NCBI GenBank assembly: GCA_963823035.1
Contig: CAWGKG010000025.1
Span: 1 to 64,000, forward strand
Source: an uncultured Gemmatimonadales bacterium
GTDB lineage: Bacteria > Gemmatimonadota > Gemmatimonadetes > Longimicrobiales > Gaopeijiaceae
Direction: 5' to 3'
DNA length: 64,000 nucleotides
The notes below the pieces were generated by a model. That model saw only the letters and a list, made by a program, of their open reading frames with translations. It was not told the DNA's origin and made no database searches. The position numbers and the translations under genes are program-made. Position 1 is the stretch's first letter. Each line of letters opens with the position of its first letter. Shown one piece after another: positions 34,600 through 43,796 of the stretch.

Positions 34600-34851
34600 C
34601 TAGAGGCTCATCGCGCAGAAGCTCAGGCACTTGCCCCACGCCAGGGCGGCGAAGGGCGAGGCGGTCAGGGTGCTCGCCATCGCACCGCCCAGGCAGCTGT
34701 AGCAGACGATCTCGCCCCAGATGCCGTTGCCCTCCAGGGCGGCAACCGGGGACGTCGTCCCTTCGGGCGTCACCGCGGCCCGGGGCGCGGCCTGGAGTGC
34801 GAGCGCGAGGGCGCCCAGGGCCACGAACACGACGATCCGCTTCTTCTTCAT
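34600..34851 (-). CDS. Small secreted Cys-containing peptide precursor P1 (83 aa)
   Basis: MKKKRIVVFVALGALALALQA...VAALEGNG-IWGEIVCYSC...CLSFCAMSL*; GGAGGGG RBS and classical Sec signal. Confidence 0.8.
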   Translation of the reverse strand: MKKKRIVVFVALGALALALQAAPRAAVTPEGTTSPVAALEGNGIWGEIVCYSCLGGAMASTLTASPFAALAWGKCLSFCAMSL

Positions 34852-34989
34852 GTTCCCCTCCATGTCGGGGGTGGTCGCGCGTCCGGCACCGACCGTGCCG
34901 ACGCGGAGGGAATCGAGCCGAGGGAGGGGGGCGCCGGAATGCGTGCCCGCGCCCGAGGGACGCCGTCGCGGCGCGCCGCGCCCCGACGG

Positions 34990-36481
34990 TCAGGGGAGAC
35001 GGTTCGCCGGGCGGGAGCGACACCACCGCGATCCGGCCGTCCGCCCCCGCGACCAGGAGCTCCTCCCCGCGCACCGCGAGACCCACCGGGTCCGCGAGCC
35101 CCGGAACGGCCCAGGCCTCGGTGAGCATCCGGTGCTCGAGATCGATCACCAGGAGCGTGGAGAAGGCCGCGCTGATCGCGAAGAGGCGCCGGTCCACGGC
35201 CACCGCGCCCGTCACGACGTATTCCGCCAGGGAGCGATCGGCGGCGAGGGTGAGCCCGGGCGCGAGGTCGGGAAGGAACTCGGAAGCGAGGACGAAGTCC
35301 CGGCGGTCGAAGGTCGACACCACCAGCTGGCGGTGCCGCGGCGAGGGGACGGCCACGGTCACCAGCTCCCCCTGGTCTCCGTCGTAGGCCGACGAAAGGA
35401 CGTACATCTGGCGCGCGCGCACCGTGGCGAGCCGCGAGCGGCGCAGCTCCGTGACGCCACCGCTGGTCTCGAGGAAGTTGCGCCACTCGGAGTCCTCGTC
35501 CGCGGACGCGTCGACCCTGAGGAGCACGTAGCTCTTGTTCCGGGTCACCAGGGCGAGGGTGTCGCCGAGGAACGCCGCACCCACGAGCGGCGACAGGTCG
35601 ACGGAGAAGTTGGGATCCAGGACCACGTGGTGCTCGACGTGCGAGAGCGTGGCGTCCAGGACGTAGACCGCGTGCCGGTCGGTGGTCGCGAGGAAGCGAC
35701 CGGTGGTGGGATCGCGTGACAGGTCGGTGAGCCGCCCGTCCAGCGGCACGCCCACCTCCTCCCACGCCTTCACGCTCAGCGCCGGCAGCCCGGTCAACGG
35801 ACCGAGGGCCGGTTCGCGCTCGACGTCGAGGGCGGCCGGGTCCGGCACCGGGATGGTCCAGGCCCCTCGCAGCGAGATGGGCCCCCGCAGCTCGTCGTTC
35901 CACAGCCACACCCAGTGGTGCGGGTTCCACGAGAAACGGACCGGATCGGCCTGGCCCATGAAGGGCGGAGGGCCGGTGGTGACGAAGGCCTGCACGGCGT
36001 TCGCTCCGACCACCACCATGAAGAGAACCATCGCGAGGCGGCCCGAGCGCCCCGGCTCGCGCACGCCGCGGGCGGCGCCGTCCTCGCGGAGCAGGAGGAG
36101 AAGGACGGCGAGGACCACCAGGACGATCCCGTGCACCGCCCAGGACCAGACGTAGGTGTGCGCACCGAAGAAGGACGCTGCGAAGCCCTGTCCCACGTCC
36201 CGCGCCAGGTGGAGCGAGGAGTGCCGGATCGACATGAACTGACCCCATGCGCCCAGGAGCACGACGGTGCCCAGGTAGCGGGGGCGCGGGCCGTAGCGGA
36301 GGACGAAGAGCGCGGCCAGTGCCATGAGGACCATCGACGTCCGCTGTGCCCAGCAGAGGATGCACGGGGACTCGCCGTACACCACGCCGAGAACCACGGC
36401 CATGCCGACCGGGCCCGCGCTGAGCAGGATCACCGCCCACGCCAGGACGGTGCGCAGGCGCGCCTCGGAGAGCCCGCTCAC
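34990..36481 (-). CDS. dsbI: DsbI-type disulfide bond formation protein (DsbB-like membrane domain + C-terminal beta-propeller-like domain); stop lost by a probable extra base at 34993-34996
   Basis: GESPCILCWAQR, FVLRYG, ARDVGQGF, FGAHTYVW and QAFVTTGPPPFMGQADPVRFS resemble Campylobacter DsbI as I recall it; GTGA overlap with the dba-like gene. Confidence 0.8.
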
Positions 36482-36645
36482 AGGTTCACCCCCGGCACGA
36501 GCGAGCCGTGCGTGCCGATGAGGAAGAGGAGCGCCATGAGCAGGCAACTCGCCACGAGCAACCCGAAGGCGAGCCGCTCCCGGGCGGGGTGGCGCCACAG
36601 GAGCCAGGCGATCACGAGGATCACGAGAAAGTTCAGGAACTCCAT
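36478..36645 (-). CDS. dba: Dba-like small membrane protein (DsbI accessory), 55 aa
   Basis: MEFLNFLVILVIAWLLWRHPARERLAFGLLVASCLLMALLFLIGTHGSLVPGVNL: two TM helices, an MEFL...E.LAFGL...NL pattern, immediately upstream of dsbI; GGGAGG RBS. Confidence 0.75.
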   Translation of the reverse strand: MEFLNFLVILVIAWLLWRHPARERLAFGLLVASCLLMALLFLIGTHGSLVPGVNL

Positions 36646-36842
36646 GATGCGCGACCTCCCACGGGGTTTGCGGGCGCGGCCCGGGCCGGGGCCGTAGGGA
36701 GGGTCCTTCAAAGATACGGCCGCGGGCGCACCGGGCGGAGGGGCTTGGCCGGCACCCTCGCCCCCGACGACCAGGAGAGGTGGGGCACGGCGGCCGGGTG
36801 CGACGCGTTGACCTGGCGTCGGTTCCTCCTATCGTTGCGGGC

Positions 36843-37508
36843 ATGCGCCGACCCCTCCCCACCGGATCGTGGCCGCCTCGATCCGAACGCCTCTCCGCGG
36901 CCCTCCTGCTGCTCGCGCTCGGCGTCGCCGGGTGCGGACGGTCCTCGCCCGAGGAGGCGGCGCGCGCCGCCTCCCTCTTCACGGAATGCGCGGCCTGTCA
37001 CGGGTCGCGCGGCGAGGGCAACCGGGAGGTCGGCGCCCCCGACATCGCGGGGCTGCCCGCCTGGTACGTCCAGATGCAGCTGCGCAAGTTCCAGATCGGG
37101 CATCGGGGGTACGCGCCCGCCGACTCGGCCGGACGGCGTATGGCGGTGGCGGCGGCCGCGCTCACGCGGGCGGCGGATGCGGCGCTGATCGCGGACTGGG
37201 TCGCGGACCTGCCCGCGGTACCTCCCACACCCACGCTCGACGGGGACGCGGAGGCCGGTCGCGTCGCCTACCAGGCGTGCATCGTCTGCCACGAATCCGA
37301 CGGTTCCGGACGGCGGGACAAGAAGGCGCCGCCCGTCACCGGCCTCGCGGACTGGTACTTCGTCGCTCAGCTCCGCGCGTTCCGGGATGGATGGCGCGGC
37401 ACGAAGTCGAACGACGTGTCGGGCTTCACGATGATGCGCCCGGTGAGCATCCCGCTCTCGAACGCCGACATCGTGAACCTCGCGGCGTACGCGGCGACGC
37501 TGCCCTGA
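36843..37508 (+). CDS. Di-heme cytochrome c4-like lipoprotein
   Basis: Lipobox VAGC, CAACH and CIVCH, P.IAGL..WY..QL..F repeated in both domains. Confidence 0.88.
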   Translation: MRRPLPTGSWPPRSERLSAALLLLALGVAGCGRSSPEEAARAASLFTECAACHGSRGEGNREVGAPDIAGLPAWYVQMQLRKFQIGHRGYAPADSAGRRMAVAAAALTRAADAALIADWVADLPAVPPTPTLDGDAEAGRVAYQACIVCHESDGSGRRDKKAPPVTGLADWYFVAQLRAFRDGWRGTKSNDVSGFTMMRPVSIPLSNADIVNLAAYAATLP

Positions 37509-37758
37509 GCCACGGCGCCGGCACCGGAGCCGGTGCGACCCGCCGCGAGTCCGGATCATGCCAATATGTCCTCGGGATAGGACACGTCGAGGGCTTCCCA
37601 GGGGCCCGCGACAACCCAGCGTGCGAGCAGACGAAACGCTTATCCCCGCATCACTTACCGCGCCTGCCACGCCGTCGGGTACGCTCCGTGCCCTTCCCTG
37701 CAGTCGAGAGCGCCGCATCGACGCGGCTCCGAACCGATGGGGAGGAAGGGAGGCGATC

Positions 37759-38341
37759 ATGGACAAGGCACGTGTGGGCGCGATGGCGCTGCTGTTGGCC
37801 GCCTTGCCGGCCAAGGCCGAGTCGCAGAGCGGGTGGTGGGACTGGACGCTCCAGGAGTCGGGCGTCAGGGTGGAGGTCGGAGACCGGTCGGACGGCGTCC
37901 GCGGCCGCGCGCAGGTGCGCTACGTGGAGCCGGTGCGAGCCGCGGTCCCGCGACGCGAGGCGGTTCGCTACCGCGACGACGAGAGGTACCGGAACCGTGA
38001 CCGTAGCGGCGGCCGCGATGACAGGCCGCTACGATCGCCGGGGGAAGCGCTGGGAGCGCGACTACGGGATCGCGGTGGTCTTCGGGAGATCGTGGTACCG
38101 GACGCGGGCACGCTACGTGGACGAACGCGCGCTCCGCGACCTCCTGGGGCGCGGCACCTGGGCGCGCCTGGAGTGGACGCGCCGGCGCCTGGACGCCCGG
38201 CACGCGCTCACGGGGCGTTGGCTGAGGCCGCGACCCGGCGTGCTCGTCCTCCAGATCCGCTCGGGTCCGATCGCCATCGCCGAGTTGACGGACCTGAACG
38301 GTGACGGTCGCGTCGACGTGTTCCTGGTGGCGGAGCGCTAG
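37759..38341 (+). CDS. Hypothetical secreted protein (frameshift near 38025)
   Basis: GGGAGG RBS, signal peptide MDKARVGAMALLLAALP, R/D-rich linker, C-terminal DLNGDGRVD. Confidence 0.55.
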
Positions 38342-38345
38342 TCGC

Positions 38346-39597
38346 TCACGGTAGCGGGGGGTGGAGCGGCCGCTGGGCGAGCCGCTCCGCCCTCAGCCTC
38401 GCCATCGACACGATCCCCAGCGCCGGGCCGACGGCCAGCAGCGAATACGCGACGCCCCATCCCGCCGATCCGGACAGCGCCACCGTCCACTGCATCGACA
38501 CCGACGTCAGCAGAAAGCCCATCGATGTCTGCAGGGTGAGGGCCGTGCCGACGGCCTCCCGCGGGGCGACCTCCGTGACCGCCGCGCTGAACTGCGCGGA
38601 GTCCGCCACGACCGAGAAGCCCCAGACCATCGCCAGGGGGACGACGATCCAGGGGCTCACGCGGGTCATCCACCCGAGCGCGAGCGCGCAACTCGCCGAG
38701 ACGGCCATCATCGCGATGGCCGTGGGCTCCCGCCCCCACGCGTCCGCCAGCCGGCCCGCCACCACCGCCCCGATCCCCCCGGCCGCGATCGCGCCGAATG
38801 CCGCGACGTCCGCGGCACCGTGGCTCCCGAATACCACGAAGAAGTAGGCGGGGAGCGTGAGCCACGCGGCGTACAACTCCCACATGTGCCCGAGATAGCC
38901 CCCGGTGGCCAGCATCGTGGGGCGGTGACGCAGGATCCGCGCGACCAGACCCCACGAGAAGGACCGGCGGGCGAACGGGTAGGGGCCGTCGCGGTAGGCC
39001 ACGGCCACGAGCAGCCCGGCGACGGTGCCCGCAGCGGAGGCGCCGAGCACGACCGGCGCGATCGTCGCCCCGCCGATCGCCTTCAGGAGGTAGGGTGTGG
39101 CCTTCCCCACCGTGAGCGCGCCGACCACGGTACCGATCGCCATCCCGCGGGCGGACCGGAACCACGTCGCGATCATCTTCATCCCCGGCGGATAGACCCC
39201 GGCCAGGAAGAGGCCGGTCAGGAAGCGCACCCCCAGCGCGGTCGCGTAGCCCGGCACCACCAGGAGGGAGGCGTTCGCCGCGGCGGCGAGGAGGGCGCAC
39301 ACCGAGAAGTACCACCGCGACGGCAGCACGTCCGCGAGGTTGAGCAGCGCCGCGGCCGCCGTACCCGCCACGAAGCCGAGTTGGACGACGGTGGTGAGCC
39401 ACCCGACCTGGCTCGCGTCGAGTCCCCAACGCATCTCCAGCTCCGGCGCCACCGCGCTCGCGGTGAACCACGCCGACATGCCGAGGAGGAGGCCGGCGGA
39501 GAGGAGCGCGAGGATCGCCCACCGCCGGGGATCCTGGTCGAACGGCTCGGCGCCGGCCCCGACCTGGGCCGGGCGGGAGCGGCCTGCCGACGTGCAT
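38346..39597 (-). CDS. MFS transporter (start uncertain)
   Basis: LLLGMSAWF, VQLGFVAGT, NLAD, YPPGMK, GYLGHMWELYA, VVADSAQFS. Confidence 0.88.
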
Positions 39598-39602
39598 GGA
39601 CG

Positions 39603-40523
39603 TCAGCGCACCAGCTGCTTCACGACGAACCAGACGTTCGCGGGACGCTCCGCCAGCCGGCGCACGTACCACGGGAACCAGTGGCTCCCGTAGGAGATCA
39701 GGACGCGCACCTGATGTCCGGTGCGAACCAGGCGCTCCTGCTCGCCGGAGCCGATGCCGTACAGCATGGCGATCTCGTACGCGTCCTTCCCCAGCCCGAG
39801 CTCGTACGCCACGCGGTTCACCTCGTTGACCATGCGCGCGTCGTGCGTGCCGAGGACCGGACGCCCGGCCCTCCCCTCCTTGCGCGCCCGCAGGAGCGTC
39901 CCGGCGAGCCGGATGTAGTTCTGGTCGACGTCGGCCTTGCGCGGGAACGCCACGTCGGGGGGCTCCTTGTAGGCCCCCTTCACGAGCCGGATCGCAGGCT
40001 GGAGCGGGAGGAGGTCCTCCACGTCCTGCTTCGTGCGCATGAGGTAGGCCTGCAGGCACAGCCCCAGGTTCTGGTGGTCCTCACGCACGGCACGGAAGAT
40101 CTCGAGCGTGCGGTCCACGTAGGCGGAGCCCTCCATGTCCAACCATACGAGCGAGCCGGCGTCGCAGGCGCGCACCAACAGCTCGAGCCTCTTTCGGGCC
40201 TCTTCGACGCCGAAGTCGAGGCCGAGCTGCGTGAGCTTGACGGAGATCTCCGTGTCCAGGCCACGCGCCTTCACCGCGGCGAGAACGTCGAGGTAGTGCG
40301 CGACCACGCCGTCCGCCTCGTCGAGCGAGACGAGGTTCTCCCCCAGGAGGGTGAGGGTCGTGCCGAGTCCCACGCCCTTCAGCCGTTCCGCCTCGCGCAG
40401 CGCGTCCTCGAGCGTCTCACCCGGCATGAACCGGCGCGTGGCACGGCGCACGAAGCGGTACTTCGGCAGCCGCTGGGCGAGGAAGGGGTTGGTGGAGACC
40501 CACAGGAGGGTGGTGCGGAGCAT
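39603..40523 (-). CDS. Proline dehydrogenase (monofunctional)
   Basis: RRFMPGE, LGEN, SVKLTQLGL, DMEGS, CLQAYL, RLVKGAYKE, GTHD, YVRRLAERPAN. Confidence 0.93.
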   Translation of the reverse strand: MLRTTLLWVSTNPFLAQRLPKYRFVRRATRRFMPGETLEDALREAERLKGVGLGTTLTLLGENLVSLDEADGVVAHYLDVLAAVKARGLDTEISVKLTQLGLDFGVEEARKRLELLVRACDAGSLVWLDMEGSAYVDRTLEIFRAVREDHQNLGLCLQAYLMRTKQDVEDLLPLQPAIRLVKGAYKEPPDVAFPRKADVDQNYIRLAGTLLRARKEGRAGRPVLGTHDARMVNEVNRVAYELGLGKDAYEIAMLYGIGSGEQERLVRTGHQVRVLISYGSHWFPWYVRRLAERPANVWFVVKQLVR

Positions 40524-40573
40524 GAGGGCCGATCTCCTAGCGCTGGACGAACCGGGTTGGACGGAAGCGGAGG

Positions 40574-43500
40574 CTATGCACCGCCGGGGCTCCTGAGGGG
40601 CGGAGCCTCCGGGAAGGGGGTGTACCCCGCGGCGCGGAGCGCGTCGCGATAGGGCGCGACCCGTTGGGCCAGAACGCGGTTCACCTCCTCCACGATCCGC
40701 GCGGCGCCGGCGCGGGCCTGGGCGAGCTTGATACGGTCGTTCTCCCCGGGTGCTCCCGCCATTCCGTACAGGGAGAACCCCAGGGAGCGCATCCGGGATG
40801 CGGGCATGTCCCCCCCGCAGATCCCCTGACATTCCGGGCCCGTGTAGAGCGTGCGGAGCGCGTGCTGCAGCGTGTCGCGGAGCGCCGTCCCCTGGTCGCG
40901 GAGCGTTCCGTCGTCGTCCTTCAGCGTCTCGAGGGTGGCCCCCACCGCCTTCAGGGCACGCTCGAGGCGGATGCGTCCCTCGGTGACGACCTCGTTCAGG
41001 CCCCCCACCTCGCGCAGCACGTCGTTGCGGGCTTCGAGGTCGGCCGTGGCCACGGGTCGGCGGGGGTCCCCACGCACCTCGAGCTCCGTGCTCGTCATGA
41101 CGTCGCCCCTGCGGAAGGAGACGGCGTAGCGACCGGGCAGGACCTCGACGGAGCGCGGGAACGCCGCCTCGTCGGCGTCGCCTCCCGGCCTCAGGTCCCA
41201 GTGCACGCGGTTCACGCCCCGGCGGGTGGGGATCGGCGCGCTGTAGACGAGCGCGTCTCCCGCGTCGCGCACCTCGAGGCGTGCCGTCCCGGCCGTATCG
41301 CTCCAGAAGGAGAGGAGCGCGCCGTACGGCCGAGCTTCGCCCTGCTGCATCGCGTGGCCCGTGGAGCGGTAGCCGATCGCCTCGCCGATGTCGACCGCGA
41401 GCGCGGGCGGGGGCGGCGATGCCGCCAGCGCCACGCCCGGTCCAGCCCGGCCCGCCGCGATCTCACGCAGGGGGCGCACGTCGTCCACGATGAGGATTCC
41501 ACGCCCGTGGGTAGCGAGCACGAGGTCGCCGTCCCTGGGATGGACCACGGCGTCCCGGATGGGCACGGCCGGCACCCCGTAGGTCCATGCTTTCCAACTA
41601 CTTCCGTCATCTGTGCTGAAGTAGAGCCCGAACTCCGTGCCGAGGAAGAGGAGTCGGGGCTCGACGGGATCTTCGGCCAACACGTGCGCGAAGCCGTCGA
41701 CGCCCTTTTGCGCCAGCCTCTCCCAGTGGGCCCCGTAGTCGCGCGTGCGATAGAGGTAGGTCTCCCAGTTCCCCCGCCGGTGGTCGTCGAAGGTGACATA
41801 GGCCGTGCCCGCCTCGTGATGGGAGGGCTCGATGTCCGGGACCCACGTCGCGTCCGGGACGCCCTCGATGCGGCCGCGCACGTGGGTCCACGTCGCGCCG
41901 TCGTCGCGCGTGAGCTGCACGTTGCCGTCGTCGGTTCCCACCCACAAAACCCCCTCCTCGAGCGGGCTGGGCGCGATGGTGACGACGGTCGTGTGGTTCT
42001 CGGCGCCCGTCGCGTCGATCGTCAGCCCGCCGCTCTCCATCTGTCGCTGCTTGGCCGGGTCGTTCGTGGTCAGGTCGGGCGAGATGATCTCCCAGCTACG
42101 GCCGTGGTCGCTCGAGCGGTGCACGAACTGCGAGCCGAGGTAGATCGTGGTGGAGTCGTGCGGATCGAGCGCCAGCCCCGCGTTCCAGTTGAAGCGGAGA
42201 GGGATCCCGTCCGGGTGCACCGGTTGGATGTCCTCCTGCAGGCCCGTGACCTTGTCGAAGCGCGTCAGGCTGCCCTGCTGGCTCATCGAATAGCCGTGGC
42301 GCGGGCTGGACGGGTCGTTCATGACGCTGAAGCCGTCACCGCCCCCTACCCTGTGCCAGTACGCGTTCAGGATCCCCTTGTTCTCCCACACGGTGCTCGG
42401 CCCGTACCACGAGCCGTTGTCCTGGAGGCCGCCGTACACGTTGAACGGAACGCTGTTGTCGATCGTCACGTGGTAGAACTGCGCGAGCGTCAGGTTCTCC
42501 ACGAAGCGCCAGTGGTCGCCGCGGTCGTAGGTGAAGGCGATGCCGCCGTCCTCACCGAGGATCATCCGCCGGGGGTCGTCCGGATCGATCCACAGCTCGT
42601 GCACGTCGCCGTGGATGATCCCGCTCGAGACCACGGTTCGCCACGTCCGGCCCTGATCCTCGCTCACCTGGATCGCGCTGTGCAGCGAGTAGAGTCGGTT
42701 CTCGTTCAGGGGGTCGACGCGGAGGTCGGCGTAGTAGAAGGGGCGCGGTGCCACGTCGGGGCGGTCGGAGATCACGCCGAAGGAGCCGCCGCCGTCCTCC
42801 GAGCGCAGCAGCGCGCTCTTCGTCGCTTCCACCAGCGCGTACACCACGTGGGGATCGGACCGAGCGAACGCGAGGCCGATCCTCCCGAGCTCGCCGGCCG
42901 GCAACCCGTCGGCCGGACCCAACGCACGCCAGCTGTCACCGCCGTCGCGCGTCTCGAAGAGGCCGGAGCCGGGTCCGCCCGACGTGAAGAACCACGGATC
43001 GCGCCGGAACTGCCACATGGCGACGAGGAGGTGATCCGGGTTGGAGGGATCGAGCACCATGTCCGCCACGCCCGTGCGAGGGTTCCGCCAGAGAACCCGC
43101 TCCCACGTCTCACCCCCGTCGGTGGTACGGTAGACACCGCGCTCCTCGCCGTCCGACCACGCCGGTCCCATGGCCCCCACCCAGGCGACGTCCGGGTCGG
43201 TCGGGTGGGTGACGATGCGCGCGATGCGCTCCGAGGCGCCGAGCCCCATGAACCGCCAGCTTCGACCCCCGTCGACGGACTTGAAGACCCCGCGCCCCAC
43301 CCCCGCGCTGTTCCGCGGGTTGCCCTCCCCCGTCCCCACCCAGACGACGTCCGGATTCGCCTGGAAGACCGAGATCGCCCCGATGCCGAGCGCCGGCTGG
43401 TCGTCGAAGACCGGGCTCCAGCTCAGCCCCCCGTCCGCGGACTTGAACAGGCCGCCCGTGGCCCCGCCGACGTAGATCACGTTCCGGTCCACGAGCGCCA

Positions 43501-43669
43501 CGTCCACCGCCGCTACGCGCCCGCTCATCCCGGCGGGACCGATCGACCGGGCGCGCATGTCCTCGAACAGGTCCGTGTCGGTCTGGGCGCCGAGGTGTCG
43601 GGGTGTGGAGGCGAGGGGCCAGAACGAGAAGAGGGCGAGGAGGAGGGCGGATCGTCGAGCTGGCTTCAT
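40574..43669 (-). CDS. Secreted BNR/VPS10 (sortilin-like) repeat glycosyl-hydrolase-like protein
   Basis: RSIGPAGMSGRV, repeated SxDGGxxW BNR motifs, GLQDNGSW, ISPDLT, LFLGTEFG, ATHGRG. Confidence 0.88.
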   Translation of the reverse strand: MKPARRSALLLALFSFWPLASTPRHLGAQTDTDLFEDMRARSIGPAGMSGRVAAVDVALVDRNVIYVGGATGGLFKSADGGLSWSPVFDDQPALGIGAISVFQANPDVVWVGTGEGNPRNSAGVGRGVFKSVDGGRSWRFMGLGASERIARIVTHPTDPDVAWVGAMGPAWSDGEERGVYRTTDGGETWERVLWRNPRTGVADMVLDPSNPDHLLVAMWQFRRDPWFFTSGGPGSGLFETRDGGDSWRALGPADGLPAGELGRIGLAFARSDPHVVYALVEATKSALLRSEDGGGSFGVISDRPDVAPRPFYYADLRVDPLNENRLYSLHSAIQVSEDQGRTWRTVVSSGIIHGDVHELWIDPDDPRRMILGEDGGIAFTYDRGDHWRFVENLTLAQFYHVTIDNSVPFNVYGGLQDNGSWYGPSTVWENKGILNAYWHRVGGGDGFSVMNDPSSPRHGYSMSQQGSLTRFDKVTGLQEDIQPVHPDGIPLRFNWNAGLALDPHDSTTIYLGSQFVHRSSDHGRSWEIISPDLTTNDPAKQRQMESGGLTIDATGAENHTTVVTIAPSPLEEGVLWVGTDDGNVQLTRDDGATWTHVRGRIEGVPDATWVPDIEPSHHEAGTAYVTFDDHRRGNWETYLYRTRDYGAHWERLAQKGVDGFAHVLAEDPVEPRLLFLGTEFGLYFSTDDGSSWKAWTYGVPAVPIRDAVVHPRDGDLVLATHGRGILIVDDVRPLREIAAGRAGPGVALAASPPPPALAVDIGEAIGYRSTGHAMQQGEARPYGALLSFWSDTAGTARLEVRDAGDALVYSAPIPTRRGVNRVHWDLRPGGDADEAAFPRSVEVLPGRYAVSFRRGDVMTSTELEVRGDPRRPVATADLEARNDVLREVGGLNEVVTEGRIRLERALKAVGATLETLKDDDGTLRDQGTALRDTLQHALRTLYTGPECQGICGGDMPASRMRSLGFSLYGMAGAPGENDRIKLAQARAGAARIVEEVNRVLAQRVAPYRDALRAAGYTPFPEAPPLRSPGGA

Positions 43670-43796
43670 GGTGTGGCGCTGTGGGGGATCGGGCACGCTC
43701 GGGGGCGCACGTGCGCGCGGCGGCAGCCCTCAGAGTACTTGGGCGCGGGGGCCTGGTCCACCCGGCGGCCGTGCGGAGGGCTCGGGCGCCGCCGGG

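Noticed and set aside
33353..34851. Lanthipeptide, sactipeptide, glycocin or circular-bacteriocin assignment
   Set aside because: I recognise no LanB/C/M, radical SAM, glycosyltransferase or SpoIIM/DUF95 gene nearby, and the Cys spacing is CxxC/CxxxC rather than the glycocin CX6C.
33353..36982. 1209-aa minus-strand ORF as one giant DsbB fusion
   Set aside because: It is a readthrough artefact. Removing one base in the G run at 34993-34996 restores a stop after DsbI, and the middle of the ORF is off-frame sequence over P1 and the C39 gene, which have their own starts.
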